Assembly (NCBI GenBank): GCA_963769425.1
Contig: CAVYLP010000006.1
Location: 832,001 to 896,000, forward strand
Length of the DNA stretch: 64,000 bases
Source of the DNA: Candidatus Bathyarchaeota archaeon
GTDB lineage: Archaea > Thermoproteota > Bathyarchaeia > TCS64
Direction: 5' to 3'
Shown here one piece after another: positions 48,258-57,911 of the stretch. The position numbers and the translations under genes were made by a program. Position 1 is the stretch's first letter, and the number at the start of each line of letters is the position of its first letter. The notes below the pieces were generated by a model. It saw only the letters and a program-made list of their open reading frames with translations. It did not search any database and was not told the origin of the DNA.

Positions 48258-48953
48258 GTGGTTGAGTTGGTCTTGTCGGATCACATCGAGGTGAGCTACG
48301 GGGAGCGTAGGTGGGCCTTGCTGAGGTCTCTACGGGGCGAGGCCTCCGCCCTCATGCGCCCCCTGGCCGCCGCTCACATTGACTGCCTCGTCTACGGGAG
48401 CCTCGCTAGAGGTGACGTGAAGCCGACGAGCGACGTCGACATCTTCCTCCCAAGCCCACCCTCACCGGAGCTTATCGAGGCGGCCTTAGAGAGGGCGGAG
48501 ATACGCGCTTCAGAGAGGGAGATAATACAGGCGACCCCAGGATACGCTGCGAAGGGGTATGTGTACACCTCCGAGCGGAGGGGTTACAGCTTCCCGCTCG
48601 TCCCATTACTGCCGGCTGAGCGTGATTTCTACTCATTCGCCGGCTCCGTTGGTCTGAAGCAACTAGAGTACAGCTCCCGGGTGCCCGGCGTCGACAAGAG
48701 GCTGATGCTCATCGAGCCTACGCCGGGGGGGCACGTCGAGTCTGCCGTGGCTGGGAGGGAGGGTGAGGTCGCCCGCCTCCTAGGCGTGGATGTCAGGATA
48801 GTCATGGAGCGGGTTAGGACGCTGGAGCGGAGGCGCGCCATCGGGCGCACGGGGGTCTACCTAAAGCACATTCTGGAGCCGGATGAGGGGTTCGGCGAGG
48901 CCCTACACAGGCTCAGCCTGAGCAGACCCGCCGTCAGAAAACGGCTCGATTAA
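48258..48953 (+). CDS. Archaeal nucleotidyltransferase-domain protein (COG2413-like)
   Basis: YGSLARGDV...SDVDI; IQATP; RVPGVDKRL; R..IGRTGV. Confidence 0.88.
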   Translation: MVELVLSDHIEVSYGERRWALLRSLRGEASALMRPLAAAHIDCLVYGSLARGDVKPTSDVDIFLPSPPSPELIEAALERAEIRASEREIIQATPGYAAKGYVYTSERRGYSFPLVPLLPAERDFYSFAGSVGLKQLEYSSRVPGVDKRLMLIEPTPGGHVESAVAGREGEVARLLGVDVRIVMERVRTLERRRAIGRTGVYLKHILEPDEGFGEALHRLSLSRPAVRKRLD

Positions 48954-48964
48954 AAAAAAGTTGG

Positions 48965-50254
48965 TTACTGGGGTAGGTCCTTGAAGGCCTTGATCTCCAT
49001 CCCCTGCGGAATCTTGACGCCCTCAGCGATCCTGTCGCCGACGACTGCCTTCACACCCTTCGACGCCGCGGCGTCTATGAGGCGCCCCGTCACTATACCG
49101 TCGAAGACCACCGCCTTCACTTCCTCCGCGGCCTTGAGCTTCTCGACGAGTTCGGCCACGGGGAACCTCTCCGACTCGGCGTCGTCCTTCCCTATGAGGA
49201 CGGCCTCGAGGGTGCCCTTTAGCCCGTCTGTGAGCTTTGCGTAGGCGTTGGCGAGGCTCGGTGCCTGGACGACCTGGGGTAGTGGTGGCGGTTTCTGGCG
49301 CTGACCGCGTGGGGGTCTCTCGCGTCTCTCACGCTCGGGTACACGCTCCGGCACGTGCTCGGGTGGGAGCACCTGTGGGCGCTCCTCAACCTGTGGTGGC
49401 GCCTCTGGTGCTGGTCCTGACTGGAGTGCGGCGAACGCCTCCTCTACGGGCACCTTCGCCTCGAGTGCGGCCTTTATCTGGTCGGGGTCGAGTTCCTCGA
49501 CCTCCGAGCCTCTTGGGGCGCGTGCCACGTACTTTGGCTTCGCAACCTGCATCAGTTCCCTCAGTATGAGGTCGCCGCCGCGGTCGCCGTCGAGGAAGGC
49601 TGTTATCTCCTTCTTTCTGGCGAGTTCGCGAATCGTCTTCGGCACCTTGACGCCCTCAACTGCGATGGAACCGGATATGCCGGCCCGCAGGAGGTTGATG
49701 ACGTCGGCTCTTCCCTCGACAAGGATTATGTCGTTGCGCTGGCTGATGTCGGGTGTGGCGGTGAGCCTCTCGCGCCCGTAGTGGACGGGCTCGATCTTCT
49801 TGCCCTCCTGCCCTACCTGCTCGAGCATTATCTCGATGTCGTGGCTCTCCTTTACGTGCCAGTCGCGCATCAGCTCCTTCGCGCGCTCCTGTATGCGCTT
49901 GAGCTTGTCGACTCGGACATCCTTTATGCCCTCGACGGCGATCTTCGCCTCGCAGGGGCCGACCCGGTCCACGGTCTCCATCGCCGCCGCTATTATGGCG
50001 GTCTCTGGCCTGTCTAGGCTCGACGGGACCACGAGTGTGCCGGTTGTCTTGTCGTTCGCCGACTTGAGTTCGATGTCGATCCTGCCGATCTTGCCGGTGC
50101 GCTGTAGCTCGCGGAGTTCGAAGTCCTTGGGGAAAAGTCCCTCAGTCTGTCCGAAGATGGCTCCGATGACGTCGTGGCGTTCAACGACGCCCTCGATTGT
50201 GAAGCGTGCCTGTATCGTGTACTTGACGCCTGTGTAGCTGTCCTTATCTCCCAT
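48965..50254 (-). CDS. dnaG: Archaeal DnaG (TOPRIM; exosome-associated)
   Basis: DVIGAIFGQTEGL, ELQRTGKIGRI, VEGRADV, FLDGDRGG; start MGDK at 50254. Confidence 0.95.
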   Translation of the reverse strand: MGDKDSYTGVKYTIQARFTIEGVVERHDVIGAIFGQTEGLFPKDFELRELQRTGKIGRIDIELKSANDKTTGTLVVPSSLDRPETAIIAAAMETVDRVGPCEAKIAVEGIKDVRVDKLKRIQERAKELMRDWHVKESHDIEIMLEQVGQEGKKIEPVHYGRERLTATPDISQRNDIILVEGRADVINLLRAGISGSIAVEGVKVPKTIRELARKKEITAFLDGDRGGDLILRELMQVAKPKYVARAPRGSEVEELDPDQIKAALEAKVPVEEAFAALQSGPAPEAPPQVEERPQVLPPEHVPERVPERERRERPPRGQRQKPPPLPQVVQAPSLANAYAKLTDGLKGTLEAVLIGKDDAESERFPVAELVEKLKAAEEVKAVVFDGIVTGRLIDAAASKGVKAVVGDRIAEGVKIPQGMEIKAFKDLPQ

Positions 50255-50283
50255 GCTTATGCAACTCTGTTTTTTGTTTTCCT

Positions 50284-50428
50284 GATTCACACTGCCCGCG
50301 GTGCGTCCCCCTCTTCTCCTCTGGGGCTTCGCCCGGGTCCGAAGAACTCGTCCCCTCGCTTGGCTTCCATCCGGTGATTGCGGGGAATCGGCCGTTTCCG
50401 GCCTTTCCACCCGCGGTGAGTGTGAACC
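50284..50428 (-). ncRNA. Structured RNA element in the dnaG 5' leader (candidate)
   Basis: Closing stem TTCACACT..CCGCGG / CCGCGG..AGTGTGAA; internal GGCCG-GAAA-CGGCC and GGGC-GAA-GCCC hairpins; TCCCC/GGGGA stem. Confidence 0.55.
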
Positions 50429-50548
50429 ACGCCTTATGGCGCGTTTAGGATACTTTCATCTAGGGATAAAAACGTTGTCGATCAAGGTCTGGTGGCGGCG
50501 CGGTAGTTTTAAGAGGGTTTCACCGACCCTTATCTGAGGTTCGTCCTC

Positions 50549-51550
50549 ATGGTTAAAGTTGCGATAAATGGATTCGGTAGGACGGGCCGCCTCGCGCTCA
50601 GGGCGGCGCTTGAGAGGGGCTCCAAACTCGAGTTCGTCGCGGTTAATCGCGGCGACGCGAAGCTTCTGGGGCACCTGCTAAAGTACGACAGCGTCCACGG
50701 GAAGGCGCCCTTCCCCGTCGAGGTGGAGGGGGACACGATCGTGGCCGCTGGGAAGAGGATCAAGGTCCTTAATGAGTCGGACGCGGAGAAGCTGCCGTGG
50801 AGGGACATGGGCGTCTGGCTCGTTATAGACGCCTCGGATAAGTACAGGGACAGGGACGGCGCTGGCAAGCACATTAAGGCTGGGGCTAACAAGGTTTTAG
50901 TCGGCGCCCCGGGGAAGAAGCTCGACGCCACAATCGTTCTCGGCGTCAATGATGGTATATACGACCCCGCTAAGCACCACCTTGTCAGCAACGCGAGTTG
51001 TACCACGAATTGCGTTGCGCCTGTTGTCAAGGTACTCAACGACCGTTTCGGCCTTGAGTCCGCCATGGTCTCCACGATCCACGCCTATACTGGGAGCCAG
51101 ATGATCCTTGATCGTGCTGACAAGGACCTTCGCAGGGCTCGCGCCGCGGCTATGAGCATCATACCGACAACGACCGGTATGACCAGTGCAATCGGGGAGG
51201 TCCTCCCCGAGCTTAAGGGGAAGGTCGATGGCACGGCCTTCCGCGTCCCGACCCCCGACGTGAGCCTCATCGACGTCTCCGCCGTACTCAAGGCGAAGCC
51301 GAGCGCCGACGAGATCAACGCTGCTTTCAAGGAGGCTGCGGCCGGGAAGATGAAGGGCATACTCGGCTTCGACAACGAGCCCCTCGTCTCCGTCGACTAC
51401 GTCCACAACCCCTACAGCGCAATCGTCGACGGCACATCTACCATCTCGAACGGTAGCATGGTGAAGGTCGTCGCATGGTATGACAACGAGTACGGGTACA
51501 GCTGCAGGACGATCGAGTTGGCCGAGAAGATGGCCAGCTACGCTAAGTAG
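50549..51550 (+). CDS. gap: Type I (bacterial/eukaryotic-type) glyceraldehyde-3-phosphate dehydrogenase
   Basis: INGFGR.GR, KYDSVHG, SNASCTTNC, RVPT, WYDNEYGYS. Confidence 0.95.
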   Translation: MVKVAINGFGRTGRLALRAALERGSKLEFVAVNRGDAKLLGHLLKYDSVHGKAPFPVEVEGDTIVAAGKRIKVLNESDAEKLPWRDMGVWLVIDASDKYRDRDGAGKHIKAGANKVLVGAPGKKLDATIVLGVNDGIYDPAKHHLVSNASCTTNCVAPVVKVLNDRFGLESAMVSTIHAYTGSQMILDRADKDLRRARAAAMSIIPTTTGMTSAIGEVLPELKGKVDGTAFRVPTPDVSLIDVSAVLKAKPSADEINAAFKEAAAGKMKGILGFDNEPLVSVDYVHNPYSAIVDGTSTISNGSMVKVVAWYDNEYGYSCRTIELAEKMASYAK

Positions 51551-51556
51551 ACTCAT

Positions 51557-52639
51557 TTACCTGGTGACTCGGAGTTTCTTCATCTTCTCGAGGTTCTCGG
51601 GTTTCTTCTCGAAGTACGTCCTCACGGGTTCGAGGAGGTTCACCATCGCCTCCGCCGTGGCGGTCTTGAGGTCCATGGGGTGGAGCTTGCCCTCGGCGTA
51701 GGTCTTGGCGAGTTCCTCGTAGCTCCCGAATGAGATATCTCCTCCAAACTTGGCTGGGCGCTCTACATCCAGCTTCTCAAGCTGGGGGAAGACTATCATG
51801 CGGGCGTGCTCAAGTACTGGGTTTCCCTCCACCTGCTTGGGGGGGCAGAAGGCCTCCTTGTACTTCGCCCTGATGTCGGTTGGCTCGTCGTTCACCCAGA
51901 TGGCGCCCTTCGCGACGCTCTTCGACATCTTCGTCGAGATTGTCTTGTTGATCCCCTCGTCCTCGTCGAAGGCACCTTGGATCGTGGAGTCCTGTAGTCC
52001 GGGGAGGAGTGGGTTGTGTAGGCAGACTGGGGGTTTGTACCCGAGCTTCGGGGCTACCTCTCTGCAGAGCATGTGGACCTTCCTCTGGTCCATCCCTGCG
52101 CCCGCGGCATCGAGCCTCATCTGGAAGATGTCCGAGGTCTGGAGGGCGGGGTATAGTACCCAGCTCGATTCGACGTCCTCGGTGTCCGCGCTGCGCCCCA
52201 TTATAGGCATCGCCCTGAGCGCCCTCTTCATCGTCGTCGCCTTCATCACGCGGACGACTTTTTCCCAGTATTCTTTGTGGCTGACGATGTCCGAGGCCCA
52301 TAGGTACTCGACTTTTCCTTCGGGAAGGCCGAGAGCCGTGAAGCAGTCCTTGAAGTACTCGGCGCCAGCGCGGATGTTGTTGAGGTCGCCCCCGAGCTTG
52401 TTATTGATCCAGCCGTGCCACTCAGCGAGGTAGATTATGAAGTGGAACCCGGCGTCGACGTAGTCCTTCATCTTCTTCCCTACGATTAATCCGGTGCCTG
52501 CGTGCATCATGCCGCTTGGCTCGAAGCCGACGTATCCGCGGGGGTGGTCGTTTGTCTCAAGCAGCGTCCTGACCTCCGCAGGGGTGATTATCTCCTGGAG
52601 GTTCTGGGTGACTAGCCTGTATCGGGTCTCTGTGTCCAT
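51557..52639 (-). CDS. tyrS: Tyrosine-tRNA ligase (archaeal type)
   Basis: YVGFEPSG.MHAG, YPALQ..D, GMDQRKVH, KMSKS, LHPMDLK. Confidence 0.95.
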   Translation of the reverse strand: MDTETRYRLVTQNLQEIITPAEVRTLLETNDHPRGYVGFEPSGMMHAGTGLIVGKKMKDYVDAGFHFIIYLAEWHGWINNKLGGDLNNIRAGAEYFKDCFTALGLPEGKVEYLWASDIVSHKEYWEKVVRVMKATTMKRALRAMPIMGRSADTEDVESSWVLYPALQTSDIFQMRLDAAGAGMDQRKVHMLCREVAPKLGYKPPVCLHNPLLPGLQDSTIQGAFDEDEGINKTISTKMSKSVAKGAIWVNDEPTDIRAKYKEAFCPPKQVEGNPVLEHARMIVFPQLEKLDVERPAKFGGDISFGSYEELAKTYAEGKLHPMDLKTATAEAMVNLLEPVRTYFEKKPENLEKMKKLRVTR

Positions 52640-52748
52640 GTTCCTCGCCTTTGGAATCTCTCAGAGGCTCCGCTATTAAGGTTTGAGGGCAGTGGGCGCT
52701 GCCCCACCCGGTTAAAGAGATAAGCGGAGTGGGCGTACTACCTTTGAG

Positions 52749-54236
52749 TTGTCAAGGAAAGCCACCGAAAGGGGGAGGCTTGGAGTAGCCTCTCTTGTGT
52801 TTGCCCCAGCCTCGACTGTAGCGAAGGCTATCGCTCAGGGTAAGGTCACGTCCTTCGAGGTGACCAAGCAGATTCTAGGCAGAGTCGAGACCTATAACCC
52901 GAGGCTAAACGCCATAGTCACCCTCCGAGCTGAAGATGCTCTGACTGATGCTAAGGAGGCTGACGAAATCATCAAGAGAGGTGGCGCTCTCGGTCCACTC
53001 CACGGGGTACCCGTAACAATCAAGGATTGCTTCGAGATGAAGGGCGTGAGGACAACGGCTGGGTCGAAGGCCCTCACTGAGTATGTCCCTAATAGGGACG
53101 CGGCGGTGGTGGAGAGGATGAGGGCTGCAGGGGCTGTCATCCTCGGTCACACGAATGTCCCTGAACTAGCCGCTGACTGGCAAACCTACAACTCGGTCTT
53201 CGGGACTACCAACAACCCGTGGGACCCGACTCGGACACCCGGTGGCTCAACGGGCGGTGGCGCCGCTGCACTCGCAGCGGGGCTGACATTCCTCGAGGTG
53301 GGTAGCGACATCGGGGGCTCTATCAGGGTCCCCTCACACTTCTGTGGCGTATACGGGCACAAGCCGAGCCTAGGCGCCGTCTCCGCTAGGGGGCACATTC
53401 CGCCCCTCCCCGGGACGCCTCCAGGTGATCCGGCATTCAGCGTGGCCGGTCCGTTGGCGAGAAGTGCCTCAGATCTCAGGCTCGCTATGGAGGTTCTGGG
53501 CGGAGCAGATGGTGGGCTTGAGAAGGTTTTCACATGGAGGCTGGCGCACCCGAGGAGGCGTAGCCTTGGGGAATACCACTTGGGGTACGTGTTTGATGAT
53601 CCTCTTTGCCGGACCTCCTCAGATGTCTTGGAGCCCCTGGAGAATTTGGTGAAGGGGCTTAGGGGAGAGGGTGTCGACCTGACTGCTGGCTGGCCGAAGG
53701 GCATCGTTCCGAAGCAGCTCTTCGATGATTATCGCTACCTACGCTACGCTTCGGGTGCGGGAGGCCTCAGTAATGCACAGATCAGTGAGCGCCTCAAGGC
53801 CGAGGTATTTGACGATGGCTCCGACGAATATGCAGCGGCACACGCCTACGCGTCGACTGTTAAGGAGTTCCAGGATGTGATGGCAAGTAGGGCACATGCG
53901 CAGTACGCTTGGAATGACTACTTTAGGGGCTTGGATGCATTCCTCGTCCCCGTCGCCTTCGTCCCCGCCTTCCCCCACGACCATGGGATGCCGCTAAAGA
54001 GCAGGGTCCTCCAGACATCCGAAGGGGCTAGGAAGTACCAGGAGTTGCGTTTCTGGATATCCTTCGCTACTTTATGCGGTTTGCCCGCCACTGTGGCCCC
54101 AGTTGGTCAAACGAGAAGTGGTTTACCCGTTGGGGTTCAGATAATCGGCCCATTCATGGAGGATGCTACGACGATCGATTTAGCGGAGAAGATTGAGCAA
54201 GTCGTAGGTGGATTTAGATCACCGCCCGGCTTCTAG
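52749..54236 (+). CDS. Amidase signature family enzyme
   Basis: GPLHGVPVTIKD, TPGGSTGG, GSDIGGSIRVP. Confidence 0.92.
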   Translation: MSRKATERGRLGVASLVFAPASTVAKAIAQGKVTSFEVTKQILGRVETYNPRLNAIVTLRAEDALTDAKEADEIIKRGGALGPLHGVPVTIKDCFEMKGVRTTAGSKALTEYVPNRDAAVVERMRAAGAVILGHTNVPELAADWQTYNSVFGTTNNPWDPTRTPGGSTGGGAAALAAGLTFLEVGSDIGGSIRVPSHFCGVYGHKPSLGAVSARGHIPPLPGTPPGDPAFSVAGPLARSASDLRLAMEVLGGADGGLEKVFTWRLAHPRRRSLGEYHLGYVFDDPLCRTSSDVLEPLENLVKGLRGEGVDLTAGWPKGIVPKQLFDDYRYLRYASGAGGLSNAQISERLKAEVFDDGSDEYAAAHAYASTVKEFQDVMASRAHAQYAWNDYFRGLDAFLVPVAFVPAFPHDHGMPLKSRVLQTSEGARKYQELRFWISFATLCGLPATVAPVGQTRSGLPVGVQIIGPFMEDATTIDLAEKIEQVVGGFRSPPGF

Positions 54237-54252
54237 AAATTCATGGGGCGAT

Positions 54253-54457
54253 GACTGTGGGCTGGGCGTCCCTGTGCCTCGCGACAAACACACAGCATCA
54301 CAGTATGGAGCCAACGCTCCACTCAGCTGAGCTCTCTCAAATCGCGAGGAGTCCGACGCCCATGCCCTGCCCGCCTGTTCCATGACTGGGTAACCCCATC
54401 TTCACTGGTGACCCTCCGCGGAGTCCGTCTGCATGGCGCGTCGTCTTGGCGGGCATC
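54253..54457 (-). ncRNA. Candidate two-hairpin H/ACA-type guide sRNA
   Basis: Two stem/internal-loop/K-turn hairpins, each followed by ACA; TATA-like AAGATATAAG about 22-30 nt upstream on the minus strand. Confidence 0.7.
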
Positions 54458-54514
54458 CACTACTCGGGGTAGGCGGCTTATATCTTTACAGGAGGACGCT
54501 AGACCGCTCGATGA

Positions 54515-55147
54515 TTGGACCCACAGTCAAGTGACTCCAGTCAAGAACCGTTTTCAACCCAGAAAACCGCCTTAAATCAGGTGAAATCGGTGAAACCAGG
54601 CAGAGAGGAGCTCGAGGAGGTAGTCTTCCAGGCGCTCGCGTCGACTGAGAGGCGGGAGATAATCAGTGTGATACGCTCCCACGAGGGCGGCGCCACATAC
54701 AGCGAGATACTCGGGGAGCTCGGCCTGACCACCGGGAACCTAAACTATCACCTCAAGCAACTTGAGGGGCTTATCGGGAAGGATGAGGAGAGGCGGTACA
54801 GGCTCACTCCTCTCGGCGAGAGGGCCATGGCTGTCCTGCTGGGCGTCGACGTCCCCGAAAACTTGGGGGACTACGTCTCCGCGGCGAGGGTCTCCCAGTC
54901 TCTGAGCGTCCACCCGTTCGTGTCGAGGCTGCTGTTGATGGCCGCAGCCTTCGACTGCTTCTTTCTATTTATCTGGGGTTACCTAGCCTACATCGCGGCC
55001 ACCGAGGGGGCGCCCCTGTTCGTCTTCGCCGTCATCGCCTTCCTGTTGATAGCGGGCGTGGTAGCGCTCTTTGGGATCGTAAGGGCTTTCAGAACCGCAC
55101 CCGAGTACGTGAGGCGGCTTGAGCGTAGGCTCGGCCTAACCCGCTAG
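54515..55147 (+). CDS. ArsR-like winged-HTH protein with two C-terminal TM helices
   Basis: VFQALAS..RREII, TYSEI..L..TTGNLNYHLKQL, Y.LTPLG; true start may be GTG at about 54581-54590. Confidence 0.8.
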   Translation: MDPQSSDSSQEPFSTQKTALNQVKSVKPGREELEEVVFQALASTERREIISVIRSHEGGATYSEILGELGLTTGNLNYHLKQLEGLIGKDEERRYRLTPLGERAMAVLLGVDVPENLGDYVSAARVSQSLSVHPFVSRLLLMAAAFDCFFLFIWGYLAYIAATEGAPLFVFAVIAFLLIAGVVALFGIVRAFRTAPEYVRRLERRLGLTR

Positions 55148-55274
55148 ACTGAGGGTGATTTCCCACCCCGATTTACTGTTAAAAACGCGGAAAATCGGAT
55201 TTTCCTAGTTAAACGTCGAATATCCTAGATGGTTTAGGGAACGTTTTTAATATGAAAAAAGGGTTTTTCACATC

Positions 55275-57806
55275 ATGTCTGAAAAGATCCCCTCCCCCGA
55301 GGAGTTCTTCGGTCACCAGATGGGGGCGGACCGAAAGCTGGCCCGCTGGGACCGCGTAGTCGAATACTTCAACGTCTTGGGGAAGTCGCCTTGCGTGAAG
55401 GTGACGGAGCTCGGCAAGTCAACAGAGGGCAACCCGTTCATCCTCGCCGTCATCACGAGCCCGGAGAACATGAAGAAGCTGGACAGGATCAGGGAGTCGA
55501 GCTGGAGGATCGCCCACCCGAGGGGTGTCCCCGATGAGGAGATAGCAGGTATAATTACCGAGGGGAAGGCTGTCGTCGCGATGACTATGAGCATACACGC
55601 CACCGAGGTCGGCGGGACACAGATGGCCCCAGAGCTCGCCTACGAGGTCGCGACTAGCCCCGCCTTCGAGGAGGTCCGCCGGAACGTCGTCCTCCTCCTC
55701 ATCCCCTGCTTCAACCCCGACGGCCAGATCATGGTCACGGACTGGTACAACAAGTACCTCGGCACCGAGTACGAGGGGGGCGGCCCCCCGTGGCTCTACC
55801 ACAAGTACACGGGGCACGACAACAACCGCGACGCTATCAACCTCAGCATGGTTGAGAGCCAGATGGTGGCGAGGATCCTCTACGGGGAGTGGCATCCACA
55901 AGCGTACATCGACTACCATCACATGGGGAGCTATGGGGCGCGGTTCTACATTCCACCCTTCAGCAACCCCCTAGATGACCAAGTTGATCCCCTCGTCTGG
56001 ACTGAGCAGGAGCTCTACGGGGGGCTTATGCACGTCATGCTGGAGGCCGCGGGGAAGACGGGCGTCGAGTCCGCGGCAACATACCCGGGGGAGTTCATGC
56101 CTACGTTCAACTACGTCCCCTGCTGGCACAACATCTGCGGAATGCTCACTGAGTCCGCCAGCGCGGGGATAGCGACCCCGATATGGGTCCACTACCACCA
56201 GCTCAAGCCGAGCAGTCGAGGCCGCCCCGAGTACAGGACCCAGATGGGTTTCCCCCACCCATGGCCTGGGGGGGTGTGGAGGCTCCGCGATGTGGTCGAG
56301 CAGCAGAAGATAAGCGCCCTCGCAACTCTGATGGCCGCTGCTCGGTTCAGGGAGACCTTGCTCAGGAATATGCACCTGAAGGCAACCCACGCTTTGGAAA
56401 AGGGGCTCAGTGAGGCGCCCTATGCCTTCGTAATGAAGGTAGAACAACACGATGAGCTAACAACATACAAGCTTCTCAAGACCCTGATGGATATGGGGGT
56501 GGAGGTACAGAGGAGCCAGAAGGAGTTCACCGCCGGCGGAGTCACTTACCCCCGCGGCACACACGTCGTCTTCACGTCTCAACCCTGCAGGCCCTATATA
56601 ATCAGCCTACTGAAGAGGACGTACTACCACGTGGGCCCGTGGAGTAGGAAGCCCGACGGGACACCCCTCACCCCATACGACCTCGCAACCTACACGATAC
56701 CCGAGTTCATGGGGGTGAGGCTACACGAGGTGGAGAAGCCCTTCGAAGGCTCCTTCGAGGCGGTGCCGAGCCTCAGGTTTCCAAGGGGCGACGTCGCCAC
56801 GCCCGCCCCGAACGGCTGGTTGCTCGACACCCGCATCAACGACGGCTACGCCGCGGTGAACAGGCTTCTCAGGCGCGGCGTCGAGGTGAGGAGGCTAACC
56901 GCACCCCTGAAGGTGGGGGAGAGCACCCACCAGCCGGGGACATGGCACATCGTCGGTGAGGGTGCCCGAGATGAGTTGGAGAAGATTTCGAAGCGCTACC
57001 ACCTCGTCTTCGAGGCTGCACCGGAGGGCGAGTTGAAGGAGACGCCCGCTCGCCAGCTCAGGATAGGAATCTACCAGCGCTACTACGGTGGGAACACCGA
57101 CGAGGGCTGGACCCGATGGCTCCTCGAACAGTACAGGTTCCCCTACAAGACGGTGATGGACAAGGACATCAAGAAGGGGAGGCTCGCGGACAAGTTCGAC
57201 GTGATAATCCTCCCCTCAGACCACAAGAGTATGATAACCGGTGAGGGGATCGAGGACTACTACGAGAAGAGGTGGCAGGGCACAATGACGATGCCTAAGT
57301 ACCCACCTGAATACAGGAGCGGCATCGGGAAGGAGGGGGTCGAGAAGCTGAAGGGCTTCTCCGAGGCCGGCGGCACCATCCTCTGCCTCGGGGAGTCGAG
57401 CGACTTCGCCATAGAGGAGATGAAGGTCCCCGTGAAGAACGTTCTCACGGACGTGAAGCCCACGGAGTTCGTCTGCCCCGGCTCCACGCTCCACGTAAAC
57501 GTGGACTCGGCCAACCCACTCGCGTGGGGGGTTCAGGAGGACCTGCTCGTCATCTTCCGCAGCCACGGCGCCTTCGAGGTGAAGCCCGGGAGCAGGAACG
57601 ACGACTACGGTGTCGTCCTCAGCTACCCCGAGGATCACATAATGGAGAGCGGCTGGCTGCAGGGGGAGGAGAGGCTATCGCGGAAGGCCGCCATGGTGGA
57701 GGCGAGGACGGGGAGGGGGCGGGTCATCCTCTACGGCTTCGCACCACAGTACAGGGCGCAGAGCGATGCTGCATTCAAGCTATTCTTTAACCCGCTTGTC
57801 GGCTGA
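55275..57806 (+). CDS. M14 zinc carboxypeptidase with C-terminal GATase-like domain
   Basis: IHATE, NPDG, DNNRD, DYHHM, LTE; GWTRWLLE. Confidence 0.9.
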   Translation: MSEKIPSPEEFFGHQMGADRKLARWDRVVEYFNVLGKSPCVKVTELGKSTEGNPFILAVITSPENMKKLDRIRESSWRIAHPRGVPDEEIAGIITEGKAVVAMTMSIHATEVGGTQMAPELAYEVATSPAFEEVRRNVVLLLIPCFNPDGQIMVTDWYNKYLGTEYEGGGPPWLYHKYTGHDNNRDAINLSMVESQMVARILYGEWHPQAYIDYHHMGSYGARFYIPPFSNPLDDQVDPLVWTEQELYGGLMHVMLEAAGKTGVESAATYPGEFMPTFNYVPCWHNICGMLTESASAGIATPIWVHYHQLKPSSRGRPEYRTQMGFPHPWPGGVWRLRDVVEQQKISALATLMAAARFRETLLRNMHLKATHALEKGLSEAPYAFVMKVEQHDELTTYKLLKTLMDMGVEVQRSQKEFTAGGVTYPRGTHVVFTSQPCRPYIISLLKRTYYHVGPWSRKPDGTPLTPYDLATYTIPEFMGVRLHEVEKPFEGSFEAVPSLRFPRGDVATPAPNGWLLDTRINDGYAAVNRLLRRGVEVRRLTAPLKVGESTHQPGTWHIVGEGARDELEKISKRYHLVFEAAPEGELKETPARQLRIGIYQRYYGGNTDEGWTRWLLEQYRFPYKTVMDKDIKKGRLADKFDVIILPSDHKSMITGEGIEDYYEKRWQGTMTMPKYPPEYRSGIGKEGVEKLKGFSEAGGTILCLGESSDFAIEEMKVPVKNVLTDVKPTEFVCPGSTLHVNVDSANPLAWGVQEDLLVIFRSHGAFEVKPGSRNDDYGVVLSYPEDHIMESGWLQGEERLSRKAAMVEARTGRGRVILYGFAPQYRAQSDAAFKLFFNPLVG

Positions 57807-57911
57807 TGTCGGCTGCCCCCTATATACCATCCATACATTTTCTCCAACCATCATTACTTTGACTTACATCGAAGACGTTATATGGGAAAACCTGCTCTGC
57901 TTCAAGGATAA

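Noticed and set aside
50284-50428. Possible RNase P RNA
   Set aside because: Too short and lacks the GAGGAAAG/ACAGAA P4 consensus strands
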